A stretch of 37,966 nt of DNA from Nitrososphaerota archaeon (GCA_027886795.1 JAPCJU010000001.1:1-37966), one strand, 5' to 3'; positions 1 to 9,357 are shown, counted from the stretch's first letter. Notes: generated by a model from the sequence alone, not told the origin. Made by a program: numbers and translations.

Positions 1-21
1 AATGTTCCTCTTGCATTTGAA

Positions 22-330
22 TTGCTTGACTTTGATTTGACCTCCTCCTTTGTCATCCGTTTCATGAGAGAAGTTCTTGAGACTCTCGGATGGTTCAAGG
101 TGGAAATGGTGACATCAGAAACCCATCTCGATTTCAAACTTTTCCACAAATTCAACAAGAAATGGTCGTTATTTCTCAAATGTTTGCTTTCGACTATGTT
201 CGAAATGGTACATGAAAGACCAGAAATCGTCATCTCTGACCGGCTCGTAAAATTAAGGTTTTCAAGAGAGATCACAGCTCATCCCAACGAAAATACGAGC
301 TCGTATATAATGGCTGATCAGAGCTCCTGA
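22..330 (+). CDS. hypothetical protein
   Basis: Only long ORF in this stretch (TTG start in the track). No motif recognised. The window edge hides upstream context. Confidence 0.25.
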   Translation: MLDFDLTSSFVIRFMREVLETLGWFKVEMVTSETHLDFKLFHKFNKKWSLFLKCLLSTMFEMVHERPEIVISDRLVKLRFSREITAHPNENTSSYIMADQSS

Positions 331-525
331 CATTTATTTTCGTGAATCTTTTTTTCGGCTCTTTTCGTCTTCGTCAGTGAAATGGTTGATCGTCTGACGA
401 CAACGAAACAGTACCGATAATGGATTCTAAAAGAGAACTGTTATCTTACAAAATGGAAAATATCCCGTTGAAATATTTCTCGATTCTAGCGATTTGTCAA
501 TAGTGTTTTCGTTTATGAAAACAGA

Positions 526-855
526 TTAGCTGAGATTTAAGACTCTCCTAGCACTCATCTCGTCGGATTTGTCTATCTCTTTCTTGGACTGTCTCTTTGC
601 AAGCTTCCACGTTACGACGAAAACTCCTGCGGTCGATAGGGCAAGAATCAAGGTGAAAACTTCGCTAAAGTTCACGCTAATCGCTGATCCAGCCTGGACA
701 AGCGCAGAAATTCGGTTGACCAAGTAATACGCTGCAACCAGCGATATTAGCCATACAGAAGCTATGACTCCAGAAGTGAATATACGTTTCTTCAAGAGCT
801 CGAAAGATTTCTTGCTTATGAACTGCCCCTGATTACCCCAAGTTAACTTACACAA
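526..855 (-). CDS. small membrane protein (two predicted TM helices)
   Basis: Hydrophobic runs IFTSGVIASVWLISLVAAYYLV and VFTLILALSTAGVFVVTW with a basic C-terminal tail. Hairpin gttttc-n6-gaaaac (505-522) lies just 3' of the stop. Confidence 0.4.
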   Translation of the reverse strand: MCKLTWGNQGQFISKKSFELLKKRIFTSGVIASVWLISLVAAYYLVNRISALVQAGSAISVNFSEVFTLILALSTAGVFVVTWKLAKRQSKKEIDKSDEMSARRVLNLS

Positions 856-929
856 TCAATAACTACGCAAGTGTAGCTAGAACTTTTAAAGTTGGATGGG
901 ACGGCTGGGCCCAATAAGGAGGGATTACA

Positions 930-1454
930 ATGAGGAAGTTTGCATACCTGATGCTTGCGATCATTATTTCGAGCGCGTTTCTAGGAACCTATCTTGTTTA
1001 TGGTGAAGCATCGAGTGCTATCCAGACTACGACCATACAAACTACTAGTGTAAACGAAGACTTTTTCAATCAGACATCGCCGCCAGGCCTAATTACAAAT
1101 GCGCCTTACCCTGGATATGATTACTACTTGTTCTACAACTTGTCAAATGGCGTAATTAATGCGATTATCACCGACAGACAAGCTTCTGTAATTCAATCCC
1201 TTTCACATTGTGGAATAAGCGCTTCTGGTTTTGACAATATGACTCTTGCGTCCGGGTGCTTATTCGCTGACACTTCCGCGCGAGGAGAAGGCGTGATCAA
1301 TGCGACCTCGTATTCTAACTTAAGTACCATAATTCAACACTCGAATGCTTTCTTGGTGAATGTTTCGAGCAGTGTTCCTGTGATTGACATGAAATCCGGA
1401 TGGTCTAATTGCTCAAACCCCTATTATGGGAATGGAACTACTCCTTGTAATTAA
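930..1454 (+). CDS. secreted protein, probably N-glycosylated
   Basis: Signal-like N-terminus MRKFAYLMLAIIISSAFLGTYLVYGEA. Multiple N-x-S/T sequons (NQT, NLS, NMT, NAT, NVS, NCS, NGT). SD-like ggaggg at 918-923, 6 nt before the ATG. Confidence 0.6.
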   Translation: MRKFAYLMLAIIISSAFLGTYLVYGEASSAIQTTTIQTTSVNEDFFNQTSPPGLITNAPYPGYDYYLFYNLSNGVINAIITDRQASVIQSLSHCGISASGFDNMTLASGCLFADTSARGEGVINATSYSNLSTIIQHSNAFLVNVSSSVPVIDMKSGWSNCSNPYYGNGTTPCN

Positions 1455-1768
1455 TCTTTTTCAAACTGTTTCCAGTTCATTTGCAAAGATCTTCTTAACG
1501 GCAAATGTTGTGGATCACTAGAGCCACAGTGAATCCGAACTTTTTGGTTTAGTTCGCTTGAAGAACTGCAATGAATTCGTCAATTGCAAGCGCTACGATG
1601 AAAAAAACAGAGCTTGATTGATGCGCCAAACAGATTCTCATTTTACGAGAGTACTTGAAACATAGTATGAACAATTAAGGCATTATCAAAATTAAGCGCC
1701 TGAATGCCACTACGATTCTCATACTTAGGCTAACATCAAGGTTCGTCAAAATACAGAAGAGAGACATG

Positions 1769-2056
1769 TCAATTTAACTGAACTACTCCGTATATTTCTT
1801 TACCACTTGGAAATGCAAATGAATACTGCAGATTGTCTCCTCTCGTGATATTGATCGTTTTCGGTACTTGAAGATGGATTGTGAAATTACCAATCCCTGA
1901 GCTTGAGATTGAGAAGTGTTGATCAGTTACCTCGACAATTTTGGTCATTGGACTACCGAATGTACTGATGTTAAGGTTTGAAATTGTAACTGTTTGCTGA
2001 AATGGGTTTGAGAAACTAAAAACACAAGCTGCGGTATCGTTATTTCGCGTAAACAT
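1769..2056 (-). pseudogene. probable 5'-truncated paralogue of the 29523-30077 secreted-protein family
   Basis: ACVFSFSNPFQQTVTIS and the C-terminal INITRGDNLQYSFAFPSGKEIYGVVQLN resemble PCTFSVCSAAVKNVTIS and LNITTGQMWSFVIDLANGQSESGWVFVQ of the 29523 ORF. The about 20-aa hydrophobic N-terminus is missing. An in-frame stop lies 3 codons upstream, and the 5' end abuts the IS remnant. Confidence 0.4.
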
Positions 2057-2552
2057 TTGGCTCCGCTAGCGCAGGTGATACAATGTGGGCCGACCAAACT
2101 TACTCAGGCTCAACTATCTATCTCTTTGTCTACGACAATACATGAAGAAGCACAAGACAAACGTTGAGTTTCTTGCTTTCCTGAAGTACCTGAGGACACT
2201 CTATCCACTCTCCATTACCATTTACATAATACTAGACAATTTTTCCCCTCACACAGTTCCGCGAGTCCTTGAATATGCAGAAACAAACAACGTTGAGTTA
2301 GTGTTCACACCGACCAATGCTTCATGGCTCAATCCTATAGAATCACACTTCGGACCTCTGAGGAAGTTTGCGATCTCAAACTGCAATCCAAAGAATCACA
2401 GTGAGATTGCAACAAACGTACGCAGATACATCGCGTGGAGAAACAGACATCATCAATTATCCGTTAACAAAGACCCTAAGAGAAAAAGGGTCAAGGAAGA
2501 AAAGCTACTTTCGTGCAGGAAATGTGGGTTAGTCATCTTGGAGGGGCACTAG
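2053..2552 (+). mobile_element. IS630/Tc1-mariner-family DDE transposase remnant (N-terminally truncated, one frameshift)
   Basis: The C-terminal half of a DDE_3-type domain is present: IYIILDNFSPH ... FTPTNASWLNPIESHF. The preceding segment MWADQTYSGSTIYLFVYDNT is in another frame (ATG 2083, stop 2143-2145). No HTH/N-terminal half is present. Confidence 0.65.
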
Positions 2553-2633
2553 CTATGAAAAACTCGAATCAAATACTCTGCTTTAAAGAAATGACCGTAG
2601 CGCGATCATTTTTGACATCCGAGCAGATTTCAA

Positions 2634-3188
2634 TCAATTTCTTGGGTTGCGTCTAGGAAAATTCAATTTTCCCGCCAATCTCGGAATCAAAGGAAGCTGA
2701 TTGAAGGATTGGTCCAATTGTTCTTTCGTAGGAATGAATGTTCTTTTCCTCCTATCTGTTTGGATCTCCATCTGTCGAGCGCGTAACATTTTTGTGATTT
2801 TCAGTTTGACAATGCTATCATAACTAATGAAGTAGTTATTTGAGTCAATGTCCAACAACTTTTCCAAAGGACACGAACTTATCTTTTCATCTTCCTCTCT
2901 TAATGATCGTTCTATGAAATGCTTCCTTTGATCCGCTGAAGTTGCCTCTGTAAGACCTGCTCTTATTGTATCAACGAATGTCGATCTTATCGCAACTACC
3001 CTCCAATCGGAAAAATAAAGATAGAATGGAAAATAAGAAAACCGAGATTCGATCGATATTATGTTTTTTAATACAAGAATCCGTTGCTCAGACCCATCAC
3101 TGGGTCTATCTATTTTCTTGTAGTTAATTTGATTTTCATATTCCGAGTTCTTGTTAAGGTCTGGAGGAGGTTCGGAGTTCCACACCAA
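2634..3188 (-). CDS. hypothetical protein
   Basis: 184-codon ORF with plausible composition. No motif recognised. Confidence 0.4.
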   Translation of the reverse strand: MVWNSEPPPDLNKNSEYENQINYKKIDRPSDGSEQRILVLKNIISIESRFSYFPFYLYFSDWRVVAIRSTFVDTIRAGLTEATSADQRKHFIERSLREEDEKISSCPLEKLLDIDSNNYFISYDSIVKLKITKMLRARQMEIQTDRRKRTFIPTKEQLDQSFNQLPLIPRLAGKLNFPRRNPRN

Positions 3189-3382
3189 AATGAATCCCGC
3201 AATTCATTGACGCTCCACATTCCTTTCATAGTTAACTGTTCAGTCGAGTTACCTTTACTTTCAAATTCATCTTGCTCGTCTGCCTGAGTCGGAGCACTGA
3301 AATCCTAAGTGTAGGATTTATTTGTTAGTGATAAAGACCTACACATAAGAGACTAAACTATGAGATCGAAAGAGATTCGAGA

Positions 3383-4447
3383 ATGATTCGCGCCAATGAA
3401 TTGACCAAGAAGTTTCGTCTAAAAGGCGAAATCGATATCGTTGCCTTAAACTCGGTTTCGATTCAGGTTCGAGATGGTGAAGTGTTCGGCCTTCTAGGTC
3501 CAAATGGCGCGGGAAAGACCACATTCATGAGGCTAATTTCCTGCTTATTATCCCCCACTTCAGGAACTTTGGAAGTTGCAGGATTTGATTGTACGCGGAA
3601 TCCGGTGGAAATCCGAAACAAAATCGGCCTGCTCTGCGAGGAACCAGGTCTGTATGAGAGACAAACTGTGTTCAACAATCTTTCACTATATGGAGAACTC
3701 TACGGGATGGAGAGAGACGAAATTGAAGACCGAATCGATGAGCTTTCAGCATTACTTGATTTCAAGAACCTGCTAGAAATGAAATCGGGAAGATTATCTA
3801 AGGGTCAGAGGCAAAGGGTGTCCCTTGCGCGAGCACTTCTTCATGAGCCTGAGATTCTTTTATTGGATGAGCCCACTGCCAACCTCGATCCCGTCTCGGC
3901 AAATGCCGTGAGGGAAGCAATAAGGCAGATTCAGCGGCAATCAGACAATAATAGAATAGTGATCGTTTGCAGTCATAATTTGGATGAAGTTGAAAAATTA
4001 TGCAAGAGGGTTGCCATCATAGACAATGGTCACATAGTCGAGACAGGTTCCATTGATAACTTGGAACATGAGCTCTGGAAATCCGAGAGCTTTGAGATCG
4101 TTCTAAAAGGTGGAACGCCTTCCTCCGATTTTCTTGAATATCTTGCAAAGCTTGATGTTGTGGGCGACGTTCAGATAATTCATAACGCACGAGAAGAACC
4201 GATTGGATCGACTGACTCTCATTTAGTTCTTAAGATTGGATTGCGTAGCTCCCCCAGATCAATAGATCGCAACAGTGAGGACATTATTGCCGATGTGGTA
4301 AAATTAGTCGCTGCACAAAGCAATTTGAAAATCGTTTCGGTATCATCAGAAAAACACTCATTAGAAGACGTATACTTGAAACTCATGAGGGACAAGATGG
4401 ACGATGTGAAAGAATTTCAAGAAATGAGTGCACCTGGTCAAGACTAG
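3383..4447 (+). CDS. ABC transporter ATP-binding protein (ABC-2/DrrA-McbF type, with C-terminal extension)
   Basis: Walker A GPNGAGKTT, ABC signature LSKGQRQR, Walker B LLLDEPT, H-loop region VCSHN. Confidence 0.9.
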   Translation: MIRANELTKKFRLKGEIDIVALNSVSIQVRDGEVFGLLGPNGAGKTTFMRLISCLLSPTSGTLEVAGFDCTRNPVEIRNKIGLLCEEPGLYERQTVFNNLSLYGELYGMERDEIEDRIDELSALLDFKNLLEMKSGRLSKGQRQRVSLARALLHEPEILLLDEPTANLDPVSANAVREAIRQIQRQSDNNRIVIVCSHNLDEVEKLCKRVAIIDNGHIVETGSIDNLEHELWKSESFEIVLKGGTPSSDFLEYLAKLDVVGDVQIIHNAREEPIGSTDSHLVLKIGLRSSPRSIDRNSEDIIADVVKLVAAQSNLKIVSVSSEKHSLEDVYLKLMRDKMDDVKEFQEMSAPGQD

Positions 4448-4465
4448 GACTTGATTTGATTAGCT

Positions 4466-5200
4466 TTGTTGCCACGTTTTCCTAATCCGAGAAAAGCCCA
4501 TTCGGCAATTATCATAATTCTGAAGAATGAGTTTCGAGAAATAAGAAGTTCCAAACAGCTTATGCTTCCTATCTTGATTGGGCCATTTCTTATTCTAGCT
4601 TTAGGATTTTTTTATGTAACTTTTGGCTCAGCATTGCAATTTGAAGAAACGTCGACACTAATTTTGCCCTTTCTCGCAGTTCTTTTTCCAATAGGAATAG
4701 CATCGGGAATCGCTATGGATAGTTTCGTGGGGGAGAGGACTAGGCGAACAATTGAACCAATTCTCGCGACTCCAATAACTGAAAGAGCTTTGTTCGTTGC
4801 TAAAGTCCTTGCATCGTTTTTGCCAGCTATGATTGTCTCTTACTGCACGCTGATTGCGTATTCACTTTTGATTGCTACTGCTAAAGCATCAAATTTAACT
4901 GTCGTATTTTCCCCGGCAAGTCTGAGCATAATCTTTTGGCAAGCACCTGCAATAGCTCTTGTTGGCACATGTATCATGATAATTGCCTCGGCGAAAATAA
5001 GAGACCCCCGTGCTGCAATGCAAATCGGAAATGTAATAATGCTGGGAGTATTGTTTGGATTCTTTTATATATTCTCAAGTTACATGAGTGAATTCGAAAT
5101 CACAATTCTTGTTAATTCATTGTTGACCGTTTCGGCTTTGGTACTTTTGTTAATGGGAAACAAATCATTCACCCGCGAAGAAATTCTAAGTAGAATCTAA
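4466..5200 (+). CDS. ABC-2 family permease
   Basis: Starts 18 nt after the ATPase stop on the same strand. About 6 hydrophobic helices. No ATPase motifs. TTG start in the track. Confidence 0.7.
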   Translation: MLPRFPNPRKAHSAIIIILKNEFREIRSSKQLMLPILIGPFLILALGFFYVTFGSALQFEETSTLILPFLAVLFPIGIASGIAMDSFVGERTRRTIEPILATPITERALFVAKVLASFLPAMIVSYCTLIAYSLLIATAKASNLTVVFSPASLSIIFWQAPAIALVGTCIMIIASAKIRDPRAAMQIGNVIMLGVLFGFFYIFSSYMSEFEITILVNSLLTVSALVLLLMGNKSFTREEILSRI

Positions 5201-5480
5201 AAAAATTACAAGCCTCTATTAGCACGGCCTGTTTGATTTTTCGACTCGGATTTTTCAAAGACGGTACTAACGAGTTTTCCCCTCAGTTTCCCTAAGAGAG
5301 AATCTCTTTGGCACACTAATTTGCTCATTCCGCACGCCCGATGCTCTTCGTTGACTTGTCCATTTGCGCGTTCGTATAAAGATCTTGAAATTCCAATGAA
5401 ATTTTTTGAGATTTAACTTCAAAATGTTTCGGAATTGACAGTATCTAGATCAAGTCATTAGTTAAATAGGTTAACGCTAT

Positions 5481-6395
5481 TTGCACCTTGTAGGAATTGC
5501 GGGCGATTTTATGCCCCGGGGAGAAATTAGGGGGTATCTTGAACACGTCGATATACGGAAAATTAGGGCAACTCCTAGGTCGCTTAGAAATGATCTCGGG
5601 CTACTGGATGGTTTGATGCAGTCGATATTTGACAACGGTGTCTTGCAACCAATCATTGTTCGTCCAATTGATGGGGACTTCGAAATAGTAGCTGGGAGCA
5701 GAAGACTCGAAGCTTGCCGACATCTAAAATGGAATACTATCCCGTGTCATATCATGGAGTTGACTGACAAAGAGGCATACGAATTATCTCTCGCAGAGAA
5801 TGTTCAAAGAAGAACACTGGATGTGGCCGAAGAATCTTCAGCTTTTGCAAGATACGTCGATGAGTTCGGGTACGGAGGTGTTTCAGAACTTGCAAGAAGA
5901 ATCGGCAAGAGTGAACAATTCGTATCGCAACGTATTCGCCTTTTAGATTTGCCGAGGGAACTAATAGAGAAACTTACCACACGCGAGGTAACTTTGTCTC
6001 AACTTAGAGAAATGGTCGGGCTCCCCGAGGAGGACAGACAGAACATTCTAAACGTAGTGATCAGTGAAAGAATGTCTTCACGACAAGTCCATTCAATTGT
6101 CAAACATATCAAGAAAAATCAAGGTGAAAATGAAACGATGCCGGGCAAAGCTTCTGGGCTTGCCGTACTGCAAAATCTCCAAATTCAAAAGAGCGAACGA
6201 GCTCTGGGAAAAAGCGCTCTAGCGCTTCAAATTTGCCTGATGAGAATTGACGAAGTAATTGATCATTTTATGGATGACGATTTGTTAATAAGAGAAACAC
6301 TGATGCTGCAAAGAACAGTAATTCATCAACAAATTGACTCTACCCTCAGGCTCAAGAAGAAAATTTCGCGGCTTTCCTACAATTTCTTAATGTAA
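5481..6395 (+). CDS. ParB/Srx-fold N-terminal domain protein with HTH (ParB-like nuclease/regulator)
   Basis: LQPIIVRPIDGDFEIVAGSRRLEACRHL (ParB-box GxRR) followed by the HTH-like GGVSELARRIGKSEQFVSQRIRLL. ATG at 5511 is a likelier start than the track's TTG 5481. Confidence 0.75.
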   Translation: MHLVGIAGDFMPRGEIRGYLEHVDIRKIRATPRSLRNDLGLLDGLMQSIFDNGVLQPIIVRPIDGDFEIVAGSRRLEACRHLKWNTIPCHIMELTDKEAYELSLAENVQRRTLDVAEESSAFARYVDEFGYGGVSELARRIGKSEQFVSQRIRLLDLPRELIEKLTTREVTLSQLREMVGLPEEDRQNILNVVISERMSSRQVHSIVKHIKKNQGENETMPGKASGLAVLQNLQIQKSERALGKSALALQICLMRIDEVIDHFMDDDLLIRETLMLQRTVIHQQIDSTLRLKKKISRLSYNFLM

Positions 6396-6458
6396 GAGAA
6401 TACATTAGGACCTCTCGATGTTTTGATGATCATTAACGTCTAATCTGGCGTAACTTTC

Positions 6459-7811
6459 TTGGATTTGTTAGATTTCCTCGGGCGAATTACTAGTGAAAAG
6501 GATACGAAAATGGACTTTGTTGAATCAAAGCTCTTCGAAGCATCCACAAGCAATGTATCGATTTCACAAGATTCGACAAATGTGGAAAGTACTGTTAGCA
6601 AAGGGATTTTCATTAGAGTACTGCACAATAGTTTCGAAGGATTTGCCTCAACCGAGAACCTTTCGGAAATGGGAGTTCTACGTGCTCTTGAATTTGCCAC
6701 GAAAATGGTAGAAGCAGGCTATGTTTTCTCCCCACAGAAACTTGAATCAAGCGTTGCGAAGGGAGCTCACGCTTGCAATGCTGTAAACAATGAAATGCCT
6801 AGCGACATAGATCATGTTGCTAAAGTTCGCGAATTGCGGAGAGAATACAATAACGTATGTGGTCATTTCTCAGAGGGGGAAAATATCAAAATGTATTTCA
6901 GCCAGGTCAATCAAAACCAGTATTACTCCAATAGCCTTGGAAAGCAGTATCATATTTCTCAGACATTGATAGGAACATATTATGACGTAACTCGCAATTC
7001 TTTGAGATTATTTGAAGGAAGGAATAGAGTTGTTAGTGGTGAGATGTCCAGTGAATCTTTTTCTGAAAACGTAGGGTCATTTCTAGCGAGAAGATTTCGC
7101 GAACTCTCTATTTCGACTTCCAGTCCGAGTGGGCAAATGTCTGTAATTACTTCACCCGAAGTGTCGGGAACCTTGGCACACGAGTTGGGTCATATTTTCG
7201 AAGCTGACTCGGGAAAAGTCGAGTACTTGCGTAACCATCTTGATCGCCAGATCTGTAGTCCTGAAATAAGCTTGATAGATGAAGGGAACAATTCGAATTT
7301 CGGGGGATACTGCCCAGTGGATGACGAGGGAGTGGATTGCAAGAAAGCCCTATTAATTGATAGCGGTTATTTGAGCGATTTTCTGACAAACCGATGTACA
7401 GCGGAGCAATTCGGATTGCCTTGCACAGGAAACGCTCGGACAGATTGCCATTTGCGAAAACCAGTGGTTCGAATGAGGCAGACTTACTTCGAAGGGGGAT
7501 CGGACTGTTTGGAGGACATGATCTCAGAGTGTCAAAGCGGTATCTTAGTCGAAAAGGCCGCTGGAGGGCAAAACGGTCCAGATGGTAGATTAGTCCTTCG
7601 ATGCATGTTGGGTAGAACCATCGAAAGTGGTAAGCTCGGCAAGCCTGTTCAGAACTTTAATCTGAGTGGAAATCCTCTAGAATTGCTTTCAGCGATCCAA
7701 GGATTAACAAAGAATAAAGTTCTATTTAATGATAAGTGTGGAAAGGATCAAATCATAACAATAGCTCACGGCGGCCCGTTTGTCAAATTAAGAGCAGAAG
7801 TCCAAGGTTGA
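6459..7811 (+). CDS. tldD: TldD-like metalloprotease (TldD/PmbA family), pair 1
   Basis: Zincin-type H-E-L-G-H at 7179-7193 (GTLAHELGHIFEAD). The C-terminal GGQNGPDG ... CGKDQIITIAHGGPFVKL is typical of the family. Alternative ATG start at 6510. Confidence 0.85.
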   Translation: MDLLDFLGRITSEKDTKMDFVESKLFEASTSNVSISQDSTNVESTVSKGIFIRVLHNSFEGFASTENLSEMGVLRALEFATKMVEAGYVFSPQKLESSVAKGAHACNAVNNEMPSDIDHVAKVRELRREYNNVCGHFSEGENIKMYFSQVNQNQYYSNSLGKQYHISQTLIGTYYDVTRNSLRLFEGRNRVVSGEMSSESFSENVGSFLARRFRELSISTSSPSGQMSVITSPEVSGTLAHELGHIFEADSGKVEYLRNHLDRQICSPEISLIDEGNNSNFGGYCPVDDEGVDCKKALLIDSGYLSDFLTNRCTAEQFGLPCTGNARTDCHLRKPVVRMRQTYFEGGSDCLEDMISECQSGILVEKAAGGQNGPDGRLVLRCMLGRTIESGKLGKPVQNFNLSGNPLELLSAIQGLTKNKVLFNDKCGKDQIITIAHGGPFVKLRAEVQG

Positions 7812-9115
7812 CAAGCCAAAGCGAAAGCCTTGCAAACTGGTCTTCTGAGTTTAGCGTAAATGAAATTGAAATCTTCAAACAGGACTCGAAAACGATTTTC
7901 CTCGAAACGGACGAAAAGAATCACCTGGACTCTCAATACTGTGAAAGAAGCGGACAGATGATTAGATGCGTCGTTTCAAAAAGGCTTGGATCTTTTTCGT
8001 ACAACAAAGGTTCTGATATCAATTCCGACGAAAAAGCAATAAGATGTGCTCGATCCCTTGCAAGCTTTTCACCTGTATTGCCCCACTGGAAAGGCTTCCC
8101 AGGAAGCTCAAAAACCAGAAAAATTGAAGGAATCTGTGACGATGAATTCGCACGTGTGGATTTAGATTACGTACGTAGACTTTTAGATGAAGTCCGCCTC
8201 ATGCTCTCATCATTCGCGAGGAAGTACGCCATAAAACTCGGGGTCGGAACCAATCAAATTCACCTAACGAATTCGTCAGGACTGAGTTGGGAGGAGGTCT
8301 TTACGCATGCAAGAGTTAATTATACAGTTTTCGATCCCGATACAAACGAAACGATTATTGCTGATATGATCTGTGCAACGAACAAGAGAGACTTTGAGTT
8401 TCAGCTTAAACTCAGAGAGGAAAATAATCTTATTCATGCATCTCAGAAAAGATTCCATCCCGATAATTTCACGGGAGAACTGATTATTCCGCCTTCAATT
8501 GGCACGGCCTTCATCTTGTCGCCTTTAATTCAATCTCTAACTATGAATGAACGTGATCGTCCTTATCTAAAGATTCCAGAATTTATGACTGCCGTAGATG
8601 ATGGAAGTATCGATTGCCTGTCAGGTTCTTCCACGCTAGATATGGAAGGGGTACCTCACAAGAGAAATGAAATTATCAGTCATGGTGATATAGGACCGAG
8701 TTTGAAAAACTTGGAAACATGTTCCGTTGAGAACACGGATCCAACAGGAAACGCAAACAGGTCGTACTCGTTCCGACCTATAGCTTGTCCCACTAATCTC
8801 TTCATACAAGGATCACACAAGAAAAGTTCGAATCTTATTGCCGAAACGCGTCGAGGAGTGTATTTAGATCAGATTGATCTTGTGTCACAACCTATGAGTG
8901 ATATGGTAACCAGCAGAAATGCGTTCTTGATAGAACACGGGAATATTAGGGGAAAAGTGCCGAAGGTTACAGTTCAAATTGACAGGTTTGATCTTTCCAA
9001 ATTGTGCGAATTGGGTGGTGAAACTAGACCGATAAATCTCTCCGGTGACATTTTGCCTTCTCAGACATTGATAGCGCCAACTGTGAAATTCGATGATCTG
9101 TATATTCGAATGTGA
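7808..9115 (+). CDS. pmbA: PmbA/TldE-like protein, pair 1
   Basis: Family-like C-terminal half (GNANRSYSFRP ... RRGVYLDQIDLV ... FLIEHGNIRGKV). No HExxH. I place the start at TTG 7808, overlapping the TldD stop (ttga 7808-7811), rather than the track's 7736. Confidence 0.75.
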   Translation: MTSQSESLANWSSEFSVNEIEIFKQDSKTIFLETDEKNHLDSQYCERSGQMIRCVVSKRLGSFSYNKGSDINSDEKAIRCARSLASFSPVLPHWKGFPGSSKTRKIEGICDDEFARVDLDYVRRLLDEVRLMLSSFARKYAIKLGVGTNQIHLTNSSGLSWEEVFTHARVNYTVFDPDTNETIIADMICATNKRDFEFQLKLREENNLIHASQKRFHPDNFTGELIIPPSIGTAFILSPLIQSLTMNERDRPYLKIPEFMTAVDDGSIDCLSGSSTLDMEGVPHKRNEIISHGDIGPSLKNLETCSVENTDPTGNANRSYSFRPIACPTNLFIQGSHKKSSNLIAETRRGVYLDQIDLVSQPMSDMVTSRNAFLIEHGNIRGKVPKVTVQIDRFDLSKLCELGGETRPINLSGDILPSQTLIAPTVKFDDLYIRM

Positions 9116-9192
9116 TCAGGTCTTGCCCTAATAGTCCACGGCTTGTTGAGGTTACTCAAATGTTATCTAAGAGCACTTCTCTCTAACAAGTC

Positions 9193-9351
9193 ATGAGAAT
9201 CGCACAATCTCAGATGTGTAACATAAACTGTGTTGCTGCAAACTGTGGACCACCCTGTCTAATCGAATGCATAGTATTCCCGCCAGGCTGTATTGCCTGT
9301 CTCTTAATCGCATGTCCTTTTGCGGCTCTACTGTGCTGCCTCTTTGGTTAA
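9193..9351 (+). CDS. unannotated small Cys-rich hydrophobic peptide (52 aa)
   Basis: ATG 9193 to TAA 9349-9351 reads MRIAQSQMCNINCVAANCGPPCLIECIVFPPGCIACLLIACPFAALLCCLFG. It has 10 Cys, is on the same strand as its neighbours, and ends 6 nt before the next ATG. An in-frame stop at 9184-9186 fixes the maximal ORF. Confidence 0.45.
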   Translation: MRIAQSQMCNINCVAANCGPPCLIECIVFPPGCIACLLIACPFAALLCCLFG

Positions 9352-9357
9352 ACAAAA

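Noticed and set aside
3339-3776. Track ORFs 3339-3524(-), 3463-3678(-) and 3576-3776(+) overlapping the ABC ATPase gene
   Set aside because: They lie within or antisense to a gene with unambiguous Walker/signature motifs and have no motifs of their own. They are shadow ORFs.
6440-6711. Track ORFs 6440-6700(-) and 6493-6711(+) at the 5' end of the first TldD-like gene
   Set aside because: They overlap the family-like N-terminus of the TldD-like ORF and have odd composition. They are treated as shadow or alternative-frame ORFs.
7736-7807. Track start of the first PmbA-like ORF at 7736, 76 nt inside the TldD-like gene
   Set aside because: TTG 7808 gives a ttga stop/start overlap typical of coupled pairs, and the second pair uses atga in the same way. 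The extra 24 codons look like read-through of the upstream gene in another frame.
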